A stretch of DNA of 32,000 nucleotides from Archaeoglobus fulgidus DSM 4304 (GCF_000008665.1 NC_000917.1:1440001-1472000), one strand, 5' to 3'. Shown: positions 16,265 through 24,169, numbered from the stretch's first letter. Numbers and translations are program-made. Notes: generated by a model not told the origin, from the sequence alone.

Positions 16265-17247
16265 AGCGCACCACTCCCCAGCAATAAAAGGACGAAAGCA
16301 ACTCCCACTGCCCAACCGGCGTATGAGGCAAAAAGAGGCTTCACTCCAACCCTCTGCACCCTTCCTACGTTTACCGTGTAGCAGATTGCCGCAAGAGTCG
16401 TGGCGAACATCACAGTGGCAAGCGGTCTCAATGCCTGCACGACCTCTCCCGGCAAATAGGTTGAGGAGAACAGCGCCACTCCAAGGAAGCTCACGATGTA
16501 CCACGGTACGTAAAACCTGCTCTCCGAGTAGATTATTGAAAGAATGAGGACGACGAGGGCTATCATTGCAATTCTGATTCCTTTTATCGCCAGTGCCTCT
16601 TCCTCAACACCAAAAAGCTGAGAGGAGATTTTCACAATCCCCGTTTGGTGAAGCGTAGCCCCTGCAAGAACGGCAAACTCATCGGGGGAGATGCTGGCGT
16701 AGTGGGCTATGCTTGGATACAGTATAGCTCCAGTGAGCCCTACGGCTGTTATAATCATAATTGCTGCCGAAAACTCCTCTTTCCTTGGTTTTATAAGGGG
16801 AGAGATTATTGCAATTGCCGAAACACCGCAAATACCACTTCCGCAGGCAAGAAGAATGGACATCTGCCTGCTTAGCTTTAACCGAGACGAGAGCCAGAAA
16901 ACGGTGAGAAAGATTAGGGAGGTTGAGATGAGCGTTGCAGCCACAATTTCTGGATGGAACTCGCCCAGATAGGGGATGTTGATGTTCACACCGTAAAGGG
17001 TTATACCAATGGGGAGGAGGAAGGGAACGTATCTCTCAACCACTCTTTTCTTTTCCTCGTCCCTCTGGAGGTTTCCCGCCACTATACCAAAAACAAGAGC
17101 CAGAAAGAGGGGTTCAAGGGCAGGATCAGCAAGGTTTATGATATAAGCAGCTGCACCGCAAAGTAAAAGCAGCAATAGCATCTGAAGGTTTTTTCTCGAA
17201 ACGGGCAACTCTCTGGCAACTTCAATCAGTTTTACCGTCTCGCGCAT
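16261..17247 (-). CDS. UPF0324 / YeiH-like (putative sulfate-exporter family) membrane transporter
   Basis: 328-aa polytopic protein with LACGSGICGVSAIAIISPLIKPRKEE and LAGATLHQTGIVK...ALAIKGIRIAMI, colinear with E. coli YeiH blocks. Confidence 0.8.
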   Translation of the reverse strand: MRETVKLIEVARELPVSRKNLQMLLLLLLCGAAAYIINLADPALEPLFLALVFGIVAGNLQRDEEKKRVVERYVPFLLPIGITLYGVNINIPYLGEFHPEIVAATLISTSLIFLTVFWLSSRLKLSRQMSILLACGSGICGVSAIAIISPLIKPRKEEFSAAIMIITAVGLTGAILYPSIAHYASISPDEFAVLAGATLHQTGIVKISSQLFGVEEEALAIKGIRIAMIALVVLILSIIYSESRFYVPWYIVSFLGVALFSSTYLPGEVVQALRPLATVMFATTLAAICYTVNVGRVQRVGVKPLFASYAGWAVGVAFVLLLLGSGAL

Positions 17248-17268
17248 CTGCTAAATAGTCTGTACCAA

Positions 17269-17305
17269 CATATATAAAATTTGTTTTGGGAGTAATTTTA
17301 AATAC
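17269..17305. promoter_or_regulatory. Divergent promoter region with two TATA-like boxes
   Basis: 'catatataaaattt' lies ~28 nt from ATG 17247 (minus gene). 'taattttaaatac' lies ~26 nt from GTG 17326 (Lrp gene). Confidence 0.45.
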
Positions 17306-17325
17306 AATTTCCCCGAAGCGGAGAC

Positions 17326-17817
17326 GTGGAGAGCGTTGAGCTTGAGGTTCTCAAACTCCTTGAGGAGAACGCAAGAATGAGCGAGGAGGAAATAGCCGAG
17401 GTTCTGGCACTGCCCGTTGACAGAGTTAAGGAGATCATTAAGAAGTTCGAGGATGATGGGGTTATTCTGAAGTACAAAGCCATCGTTGACTGGGAAAAGC
17501 TGCAGGAGGATTTTGTTTACGCTTTGATAAACGTTAAGGTCTCTTTGACGAGGGAGAAGGGGTATGATGATATTGCCAAGAGAATCGCCAAGTTCAGCGA
17601 AGTGCATGCGGTGAGGCTTGTAAGCGGTGAGTACGACTTTCAGGTTGTGGTAAAGGGGAAGAGCTTGAAGGACATCGCCTTCTTTGTTGCTGAGAAGATT
17701 TCGACCATTCCTGAGGTGAGGGATACCTTCACGCACTTCGTGCTGAGAACGTACAAGGAGGAAGGTGTGAATCTGTTTGAAGATGAGGAAGACAGGAGGC
17801 TTGCCTTTGTCCCGTAG
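17326..17817 (+). CDS. Lrp/AsnC family transcriptional regulator
   Basis: N-terminal HTH (LEVLKLLEENARMSEEEIAEVLALPVDRVKEIIKKFEDDGVI) plus a RAM-like C-terminal domain (VHAVRLVSGEYDFQVVV). Confidence 0.85.
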   Translation: MESVELEVLKLLEENARMSEEEIAEVLALPVDRVKEIIKKFEDDGVILKYKAIVDWEKLQEDFVYALINVKVSLTREKGYDDIAKRIAKFSEVHAVRLVSGEYDFQVVVKGKSLKDIAFFVAEKISTIPEVRDTFTHFVLRTYKEEGVNLFEDEEDRRLAFVP

Positions 17818-18955
17818 ACTTGCGAGAAGGGTTGAGGAGCTGAAGCCGTCGGGAATAAGGAGATTTTTCGACTTAGTGGTGGGAAGGGATGATGTGATAA
17901 GTCTCGGCGTTGGAGAGCCAGACTTCCCCGTGCCGTGGAGGATAAGGGAGGAGATGATTTACTCGCTGGAAAAGGGATACACATCCTACACATCCAACCT
18001 CGGCCTGCCGGAGCTGAGGGAGGGGATTGCGGAGTATTATACGAGGTTCGGCGTCAAGGCTCTGCCCGAGCAGGTCATGGTTACCTCAGGCGTTAGCGAG
18101 GGCGTTGACATTGCAATCAGAGCTCTGATAGAGCCGGGCGATGCTGCTCTCATCCCTGAGCCGTGCTACGTGAGCTACAAACCACTCGTTGAGATATGCG
18201 GCGGTGAAGCCGTGACGATTCCCACCGCTCCGGAGTTCAGGCTCACCTACGAGATGCTGATGCAGTACAGGGATGCGAAGGCCAAAATTCTCGTTTTGAA
18301 CTACCCCGCAAATCCCACGGGTGTGAGCTACTCGAAGAAGGAGCTTGAGGAGATTGCTGACGCTGTAAACGAGCTCGACCTCATCGTTCTGTCCGATGAG
18401 ATTTACGCTGAGCTCACCTACACGGGAAGGCATGTTTCCATGGCCGCGCTGAACGGAATGGAGGACAGAGTTGTTATTTTCAACGGCTTCTCCAAAGCGT
18501 TCGCAATGACCGGAATGAGGGTCGGCTACGTGATTGCCCCACCTGACATCTTTGCGGGGATGCTGAAAATTCACCAGTACTGCATGCTCTGCGCTCCAAT
18601 AACGGGACAGATAGGGGCGATTGAGGCTCTGAGGAGCCTTGACGAAGTGGAGAGGATGAGGGCAGAGTACATGAGAAGAAGGAATTTTGTGGTCAAAAGA
18701 TTGAGCGAGATTTTTGAGATAAAGAAGCCTGAAGGAGCATTTTACGCTTTTCCGAAGATTTCCTCAACCGGAATGTCCAGCGAGGAGTTTGCAGAGAAGC
18801 TGCTGCTCGAGAAAAGCGTTGCGGTTGTGCCGGGAAATGCCTTCGGCGAGTGCGGGGAGGGCTACGTAAGATTGGCTTACGCTGTGAAGTTCGAGAAGCT
18901 GAAGGAAGCAATGGACAGAATAAAGGAGTTTGTTGAGGAGCATGGTGAGGGTTAA
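17777..18955 (+). CDS. Class I/II PLP-dependent aminotransferase (aspartate aminotransferase-like)
   Basis: KPSGIRRFF, NYPANPTG and the PLP-lysine block NGFSKAFAMTGMRVGY. Start is uncertain (ATG 17777 or 17783, TTG 17801 or 17807). The 5' end overlaps the Lrp gene 3' end. Confidence 0.88.
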   Translation: MKMRKTGGLPLSRRLARRVEELKPSGIRRFFDLVVGRDDVISLGVGEPDFPVPWRIREEMIYSLEKGYTSYTSNLGLPELREGIAEYYTRFGVKALPEQVMVTSGVSEGVDIAIRALIEPGDAALIPEPCYVSYKPLVEICGGEAVTIPTAPEFRLTYEMLMQYRDAKAKILVLNYPANPTGVSYSKKELEEIADAVNELDLIVLSDEIYAELTYTGRHVSMAALNGMEDRVVIFNGFSKAFAMTGMRVGYVIAPPDIFAGMLKIHQYCMLCAPITGQIGAIEALRSLDEVERMRAEYMRRRNFVVKRLSEIFEIKKPEGAFYAFPKISSTGMSSEEFAEKLLLEKSVAVVPGNAFGECGEGYVRLAYAVKFEKLKEAMDRIKEFVEEHGEG

Positions 18956-19202
18956 GCTTTTCGCAAACTTCAGGGAGGCGGCGGGAGTTAAGGAGGTTGA
19001 GGTTGAAGCCGGAACTGTGGGAGAGGTGCTGCAGGAGCTGGTAAGGAGGTTTCCGAAGCTCGAAAGCCTGTTTTACGAGGAGGGAAGGCTGAGGGACTAC
19101 GTCAACATCATGGTCAACGGGAGGAACGTTAGAGGGGATTTGAATTACCCGCTCAGCCACACAGATGAGGTCGCAATATTCCCGCCGGTGAGCGGGGGGT
19201 AG
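18942..19202 (+). CDS. moaD: MoaD/ThiS-family beta-grasp protein ending in Gly-Gly (sulfur carrier or SAMP-type modifier)
   Basis: MVRVKLFANFREAAG... is a typical MoaD N-terminus, and the C-terminus is ...FPPVSGG followed by the stop. ATG 18942 overlaps the aminotransferase 3' end by 14 nt. Confidence 0.8.
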   Translation: MVRVKLFANFREAAGVKEVEVEAGTVGEVLQELVRRFPKLESLFYEEGRLRDYVNIMVNGRNVRGDLNYPLSHTDEVAIFPPVSGG

Positions 19203-19274
19203 GAGAAATTTTCCGTAGAACAGCTTACACTTTTGAAAGATAAATATTTATTGCCCAGGGTTAAATTTTAAGCG

Positions 19275-21020
19275 ATGGATAGTAAGGCCGTATCGCCCCT
19301 CATAGGATTCGTTTTGATGCTTGCCATCATAATGGGGTTAATCGGAATCATGCAGGCCCAGTGGGTGCCTGTTTGGAATAAAGAGGTTGAGGCGGAACAT
19401 TTATCAAAGCTTGAATTTGAGGCTTCAGAAATCCCAAAAATTATGTTTATTTCCGCTACAACTGGAAAACAGGGGGTTGCGAGCATAGATGCAGGTTGTG
19501 AGTACCCAAACAGGGGGTTTCTGATAAATCCTTCAACAGCATCAACATCCTTAAAAGCAATTCCTCTAAGCGTTGATGTTAAGTTCAACGAAACGCTGCC
19601 TAATGGCAGTTTATTCCGTTACAGCAACAAGTTTACAACCTATGCAATAATTGTTCAACCAAACTACTTTTACATGCAAAAACCTGAAATAATCGTAGAG
19701 CACTCTGCCGTAATCAAAACCAGCGGAAATTCCGCCCTCAACGTTTCCTCACCCGTCTCATTTTCGAGGAATAAAGTTCACCTGTTTATCGTAAACTCCA
19801 CCTTCAGTTCAATTTCTACACCTAATACACTAAATCTTCAATTTATCCCTGTCTCATATGGTGGAGATACCTTTGTCAAAAATGCATCAATAACTCTAAA
19901 AGTGTTAGATGAAACCTTTGACTGGTGGAATAAAACTTTAAAGAATATTTTTGGAGCGGGCAACGTTACAGCCGATGGGAGTAGGAAGGAAATGACCTTT
20001 AGGCTTTTCAACACGACGTTGAGCATGAGTTATCTGATTGTTCAGGCTTCGATTGGTGAAAGAGCTAAACTTAATGAGAGAATCGAACCTTACAGAATCT
20101 TTGCTACTTCAAGCAATACTCTGTCAATGCTGAAAGGAGAGCAAAGAGAGTTGAATGTAAAGGTTTTGGATATCTACAACAACCCCGTTAGAGGGTATTC
20201 ACGTGTTAGCTATTCTGTTGTTTCCGGGGGCGATAAGTGTCGCATTGTGTCAGCATCCCCTCAAACTGATGAGAAAGGAGTTTTTACGGTTACGGTTGAA
20301 GCAGTGAATTCTGGCAACTGTGATGTAGAGTTTCGGATAGATAGCATAAATTCAGGATTCAACAAAACTAAATTTTCGATAACTGTTATTCCTGTTAGTT
20401 CTGGAGGGTTAGGAGGACAAGGATATTTGTCTTTCACTCCTGCATCAAGAGGGTTGGTTGAGATATACCATGGCCCTGTAAACGGGTTTATCGATCCAAC
20501 AAAACCGCCTGCAGAGAGTCCAAGAGATTTAATCACAGACCCAAACTGGGAGCCATATGCTCTGGAAGACAAAGAACTGGCTGCTTATAATGATGGATCC
20601 TGGGACTGGTGGTCAGGCGAATATGTGCCCACCTCTGGATATTTGGAAAAAACGCAAAATAATGCTCAGTCTAAACAAAATAGCCAAAAGAATCATGCCT
20701 CCCAGTTGTTTGAGTTTAATGTCGGAGATGTACAAATGAGTAGTTTGAAAGTCTTCTGGAACGGTATTGCTTGGTTGGATGTGCAAAATAATCGCAATGA
20801 TGGAGTTGTTCTTTACGTCTGGAATGGAACTGGTTGGGAATACCTGTGTGACACGACATCAAGTAGCGAAGTGTGGTTGCAATGCGAAAAGAGAGGTAAC
20901 TACATCCAAAACAAGAAAGTGTACTTGCTAATAGTCCAAAATGACTGGACACAAACTTGGAAAGGCAACAGAGACTCGCAAATATACACCGACTACATCG
21001 AACTTGACATTCTGACTTGA
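19275..21020 (+). CDS. Large secreted/surface protein with archaeal type IV pilin-like (class III) signal peptide
   Basis: N-terminus MDSKA/VSPLIGFVLMLAIIMGLIG fits the prepilin-peptidase site ([KR][GA]/xSP[VL]IG plus a hydrophobic helix; Pilin_N / DUF1628-like). The rest is rich in N-x-S/T sequons and beta-rich. The gene is visibly more AT-rich than its neighbours. Confidence 0.75.
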   Translation: MDSKAVSPLIGFVLMLAIIMGLIGIMQAQWVPVWNKEVEAEHLSKLEFEASEIPKIMFISATTGKQGVASIDAGCEYPNRGFLINPSTASTSLKAIPLSVDVKFNETLPNGSLFRYSNKFTTYAIIVQPNYFYMQKPEIIVEHSAVIKTSGNSALNVSSPVSFSRNKVHLFIVNSTFSSISTPNTLNLQFIPVSYGGDTFVKNASITLKVLDETFDWWNKTLKNIFGAGNVTADGSRKEMTFRLFNTTLSMSYLIVQASIGERAKLNERIEPYRIFATSSNTLSMLKGEQRELNVKVLDIYNNPVRGYSRVSYSVVSGGDKCRIVSASPQTDEKGVFTVTVEAVNSGNCDVEFRIDSINSGFNKTKFSITVIPVSSGGLGGQGYLSFTPASRGLVEIYHGPVNGFIDPTKPPAESPRDLITDPNWEPYALEDKELAAYNDGSWDWWSGEYVPTSGYLEKTQNNAQSKQNSQKNHASQLFEFNVGDVQMSSLKVFWNGIAWLDVQNNRNDGVVLYVWNGTGWEYLCDTTSSSEVWLQCEKRGNYIQNKKVYLLIVQNDWTQTWKGNRDSQIYTDYIELDILT

Positions 21021-21044
21021 GAAGGCAGAGTCTTGGAAATATAG

Positions 21045-21050
21045 TTTTTT
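21045..21050 (+). terminator. Oligo-T tract downstream of the pilin-like gene
   Basis: A T6 run lies 25 nt after the stop. Archaeal termination commonly uses oligo-T. Confidence 0.3.
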
Positions 21051-21152
21051 CAAAAACAATAGGAACAAAGTTTACGAAAATAAAACTGATTTGCCCAAAC
21101 CATCACTAAGCTTAACCATTAAAGCAAAATCGAATTGGGATAACGAACTTTG

Positions 21153-21250
21153 TCAAAGCCAATCAAACTCCATTATATCATTAGTTGCCGTTGAAAACCC
21201 TCTCTCAGCTCTCCTCCAGCGGCTTTACCGTCTTTATTGCCCATCAACCT
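21153..21250 (-). pseudogene. Decayed relic of the last ~33 codons of a radical SAM gene (paralogous copy of 26343..26443)
   Basis: 21185..21240 and 26377..26432 match at 52 of 56 positions by my hand alignment. Weaker similarity extends to the stop codons (21153 and 26343). The relic has an in-frame TGA (21207..21205) and an indel near 21241. Confidence 0.7.
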
Positions 21251-21328
21251 CCCTCTAAAATTTACCTCACATAGCACTTCTAACAATCTCTTACGGTCCC
21301 CAACCAAAAACCTTAAATAAGTTAACTA

Positions 21329-21349
21329 TTTCTAACAAAATGTTAGAAA
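21329..21349. promoter_or_regulatory. Perfect 9-3-9 palindrome, candidate operator for the downstream XRE regulator
   Basis: 'tttctaaca aaa tgttagaaa' lies between a TATA-like 'ccttaaataag' (21311..21321) and ATG 21368, at the expected transcription start. Confidence 0.6.
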
Positions 21350-21367
21350 AACATAACGAGGTGGAGT

Positions 21368-21730
21368 ATGCGGTACGCCAAAGCTGGAATCTTAACGGCA
21401 ATTGCTGTAGGGGCTGCGGTGGGATATGCAGTAGAAAGCGGGAAGTGGTTTATTGCAGTAATTGCAGTAATTGCCGGACTCCTTCTGCTTTCGGTGGTGA
21501 GGAGGAGGACAGACGAAATCATAGAGGATGAGAGAACTTTAAAGATAAGCGAGAGGGCTTCGAGGAGAACGATTGAAGTTTTCAGCATTGGAGCAGCTTT
21601 GTTGGGGGCTGTAATGCTGGCCCTTGACTTGCACAGAGATGCAGCCTTCGCTCTCGAATTTGCCGTCTGCGGGGTTCTCGTGCTTTACCTTGCCTTCTAC
21701 AGCTATTACAGCGTGCGAGCGTTGAACTAA
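21368..21730 (+). CDS. Small 4-TM membrane protein (DUF2178-like)
   Basis: 120 aa with two hydrophobic hairpins separated by a charged linker ([23 protein letters not shown]). This is the architecture and gene partnership typical of DUF2178 + short XRE regulator pairs. Confidence 0.65.
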   Translation: MRYAKAGILTAIAVGAAVGYAVESGKWFIAVIAVIAGLLLLSVVRRRTDEIIEDERTLKISERASRRTIEVFSIGAALLGAVMLALDLHRDAAFALEFAVCGVLVLYLAFYSYYSVRALN

Positions 21731-21743
21731 CAAAGGTGCCAGT

Positions 21744-21959
21744 ATGAGAACGAGAATAAAGGAGTTCAGAGCGAAGTTCAACATGACTCAGGAGGAGCTG
21801 GCTAAAAGAGTTGGGGTGAGGAGGGAGACCATTGTTTTCCTTGAGAAGGGAAAGTACAACCCATCCCTAAAGCTGGCCTACAAAATAGCGAGAGTTTTCA
21901 ATGCAAAAATTGAGGACATCTTTATTTTTGATGAGGAGGAGCTATGGGAAAAAAGGTAA
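21744..21959 (+). CDS. Short XRE-family helix-turn-helix transcriptional regulator
   Basis: [60 protein letters not shown] is a canonical HTH_XRE/Cro-C1 domain. Confidence 0.85.
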   Translation: MRTRIKEFRAKFNMTQEELAKRVGVRRETIVFLEKGKYNPSLKLAYKIARVFNAKIEDIFIFDEEELWEKR

Positions 21960-21961
21960 AG

Positions 21962-23190
21962 TTATAGGGTGTTCCTTCAACCCCTAACCCAATCTCCTTC
22001 CATTTACCTCTGTAAAGCGAACAACGAGCTCTTCCACCTTCCCCTTCAACAGGACAAAACTACACAACCCTAAATCAAAAACAAAACCACCAAAATTCGA
22101 AAAATTAATCAATCTAACCGAATCATCCTTTTTCAGGTGATTCAAGTGAAACTACCAGTAATTCCTGCCAGAGGAGACGAGAAATGGGAGCTCCTATCTC
22201 AAATCGTAAGCAAGCTTGAATCAAGAGAAGCAAAGAAATCGCTGGCGAGAAATGGAATATCTCCAGTCAATAAAGCCGTAGAGTACCTCAAAGTAATGGC
22301 TATGTTCTTCGAACTGGAGATTTCCTATGCTGTAAGCGAATTGAATAAGCGGTCAGAACTGAGAAAGTTCTTGAGGCTAGGAGAGGAAATAAAACTGAGA
22401 TCTATCTACAGCTTCATGTCGAAATTTGAGGCTGAGCAGTTTATAAGCTTAGTTTTCTCCATCCTAAACGTTAACGCAAAGAGAAGTAGAAAGAAATCAT
22501 CAATTTTAATATTGGATTGGACAGATATATCACTCGACCTAAATCCCTTCAGGAGGAGAGAATTGAGTAATAAGCCATACAAATGGGGTTATTCAACCAA
22601 GGGATTCTTTCTCGGCATGAAGATGATGATTTTAATCGACTACAATACTTTAACGCCTCTTTTCTTCCACATTTACCCTGCTAACACTCACGAGAGCAGA
22701 ATCTATCCGGTAATTCTGGAAATGCTCAAGAGGAGGAAGCTAATCAGGTTTGGAGACTCTATCATCATGGACAGAGGTTTCTACGCCTACAAAAACTATC
22801 TGATTGGACTGAGATACGGGATCATTCCCCTAATTATCCCAAGAAAGAATTTCAGAGAAGAGAGGCTTAAAGGGATGGTTAGCTATCCTCTGAGCATATT
22901 TGCCTCTAAGAACGTTGAGAAGGAGAAAAAGAGATACAGGAAGCTTGTAAGAAAATTGTTTGAAGGGTTGAAGCAAAATCTTAAGACTTTGAGGAGTATA
23001 ATTGAAGACGTGATAAAGCTGGGGAAAGAAGCTTTCAGTTTGAGGGATTTGCACTGCTATACGGTCGATTCTGTGAGAAAGAAGTGTGCTCTTTCTGTCC
23101 TGTTAGTGGGGATGACGGTTAAGCTGGGTTTTAGGGAAAAGAAGGTAATTCAGAGATTGTCGGAGTGGTGATATAGAGAAGACCTTATAT
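21962..23190 (+). mobile_element. Insertion sequence (~1.23 kb) encoding a DDE transposase; boundaries approximate
   Basis: Imperfect terminal inverted repeats: left 'ttatagggtgttcc' (21962..) against the reverse complement of the right end, 'atataaggtcttct' (..23190); the core TATA[GA]GGT[GC]TTC matches at 10 of 12. No flanking target-site duplication seen. The size recalls the ~1.2-kb ISA1214 class reported for A. fulgidus (recollection only). Confidence 0.55.
22137..23171 (+). CDS. DDE-type transposase (IS4/IS5-superfamily-like)
   Basis: 344 aa with candidate catalytic residues in ILILDWTDISL, SIIMDRGFYAYKNY and SIIEDVIKLGKEAF. The only start option is GTG. Confidence 0.75.
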   Translation: MIQVKLPVIPARGDEKWELLSQIVSKLESREAKKSLARNGISPVNKAVEYLKVMAMFFELEISYAVSELNKRSELRKFLRLGEEIKLRSIYSFMSKFEAEQFISLVFSILNVNAKRSRKKSSILILDWTDISLDLNPFRRRELSNKPYKWGYSTKGFFLGMKMMILIDYNTLTPLFFHIYPANTHESRIYPVILEMLKRRKLIRFGDSIIMDRGFYAYKNYLIGLRYGIIPLIIPRKNFREERLKGMVSYPLSIFASKNVEKEKKRYRKLVRKLFEGLKQNLKTLRSIIEDVIKLGKEAFSLRDLHCYTVDSVRKKCALSVLLVGMTVKLGFREKKVIQRLSEW

Positions 23191-23193
23191 GTT

Positions 23194-23925
23194 TTGATTT
23201 CTCCTGCTAAGGCCTCAATGACGGTTGATAAAAAGGAGTTAAATGTTGCTATTTCTGGAATTGGCAATTTCAAAACTTACGCTATAGTCTTCAAGCCAAA
23301 TTATCTTTACTCCACCTCGCCAAGCCTCATTTATGAGCATTCAGCTGTTCTAAAAATGCAGAACTCGGCAATTGTAGTCGATTCGGATCAGAGCACCTTC
23401 TCAAGTGAGAAGATATCTATTTACCTTATTAACGCAACTTTCAACCCCTTTTCAACAACTGAGAACGTCAATTTAATTTTCCAGCCTATCTCTTATGGTG
23501 GAGCTATTAAATTTACAGGAACGATAACTTTCGAGTGCTACAACGAGCAAACTGCCGAGTGGTGGAATGAGACGCTGGGAGATATTTACGGGGCAGGAAA
23601 TGTGGACAGGGATGGAACCAATGTAACCGTAATACTCAATGACGTTGAGCTCTCTATTAATTACTTAATTGCCACTGCAACCTCATCAAGAAGTGTTAGA
23701 TACGATGTTGACCTTGAGCCCAAACATCTGAAACCCCTCTTAAACGATTCAGCAACTTACCAGCTCTCTGCTGGAAGTGTAAAAGACTTTGGGGTTTTGG
23801 TGCTTGATGAATACCTAAATCCAATCAGAAATAAAGCTAAGTTGGCCTCTGTTTCCATTAACCCTGATTGTGGTAGCTGTAATAAATATCTGAATTCAAA
23901 TGGGGAAGTCTGGTGCAGCTTTACT
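23194..23925 (+). pseudogene. Fragment of a paralog of the pilin-like gene 19275..21020, lacking both the N-terminal ~85 aa and the C-terminal ~250 aa
   Basis: Colinear similarity to residues ~83-330 of the 581-aa protein. Examples: FKTYAIVFKPNYLYS..IYEHSAVLK vs FTTYAIIVQPNYFYM..IVEHSAVIK; QPISYGG vs IPVSYGG; WWNETLGDIYGAGNV vs WWNKTLKNIFGAGNV. Homology starts right at the IS end and stops at ~23925. There is no signal peptide. Confidence 0.75.
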
Positions 23926-24169
23926 CCTTTCCCTCCTCGTCGCTCGTGTGCCTCGCCATAACGCAAAAAACAATCTCTCCTGCCCTGAGCTTTCTCAAAC
24001 CATCCTCTCTGTCCACGACCTTACAGCCGGGAGGGAGTATGCTGCTAACAGGAACGAGATTGAATCTCTCTATCCCGGCATCGCGCAGTGCAAGCTCGAA
24101 ACTCACCAGCTCGTCGTGGTGCCTTCCGATTCCGGAAACGAAGAAGACCTCTCTGGGAACCAGTGCCAT
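23921..24169 (-). pseudogene. pdaD: Truncated pyruvoyl-dependent arginine decarboxylase (PdaD), N-terminal 82 of ~155-165 aa
   Basis: MALVPREVFFVSGIGRHHDELVSFELALRDAGIERFNLVPVSSILPP carries the PdaD self-cleavage context (xSSIxPP). The ORF stops after ...HTSDEEGKE, where full-length homologs continue (ISAA...). No continuation appears in any frame. Confidence 0.7.

Noticed and set aside
16265-16504. 80-codon N-terminal extension of the sensor ORF (781-aa version)
   Set aside because: It overlaps the conserved C-terminus of the upstream UPF0324 gene in another frame and is Arg/Gly/Cys-rich. ATG 16264 gives the classic ATGA coupling and starts directly with the first TM helix.
17251-17736. 161-aa minus-strand ORF opposite the Lrp gene
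   Set aside because: Antisense to a clear Lrp/AsnC HTH-RAM protein. It would also run through the divergent promoter region.
22072-22083. Alternative IS inverted-repeat candidate 'aaatcaaaaaca' pairing with 'tgttttgattt' (23191..23200)
   Set aside because: The right arm overlaps the first homologous codons of the truncated paralog (LISP... from 23194). It therefore belongs to the flanking gene, not to the IS. The outer pair at 21962 and 23190 fits better.
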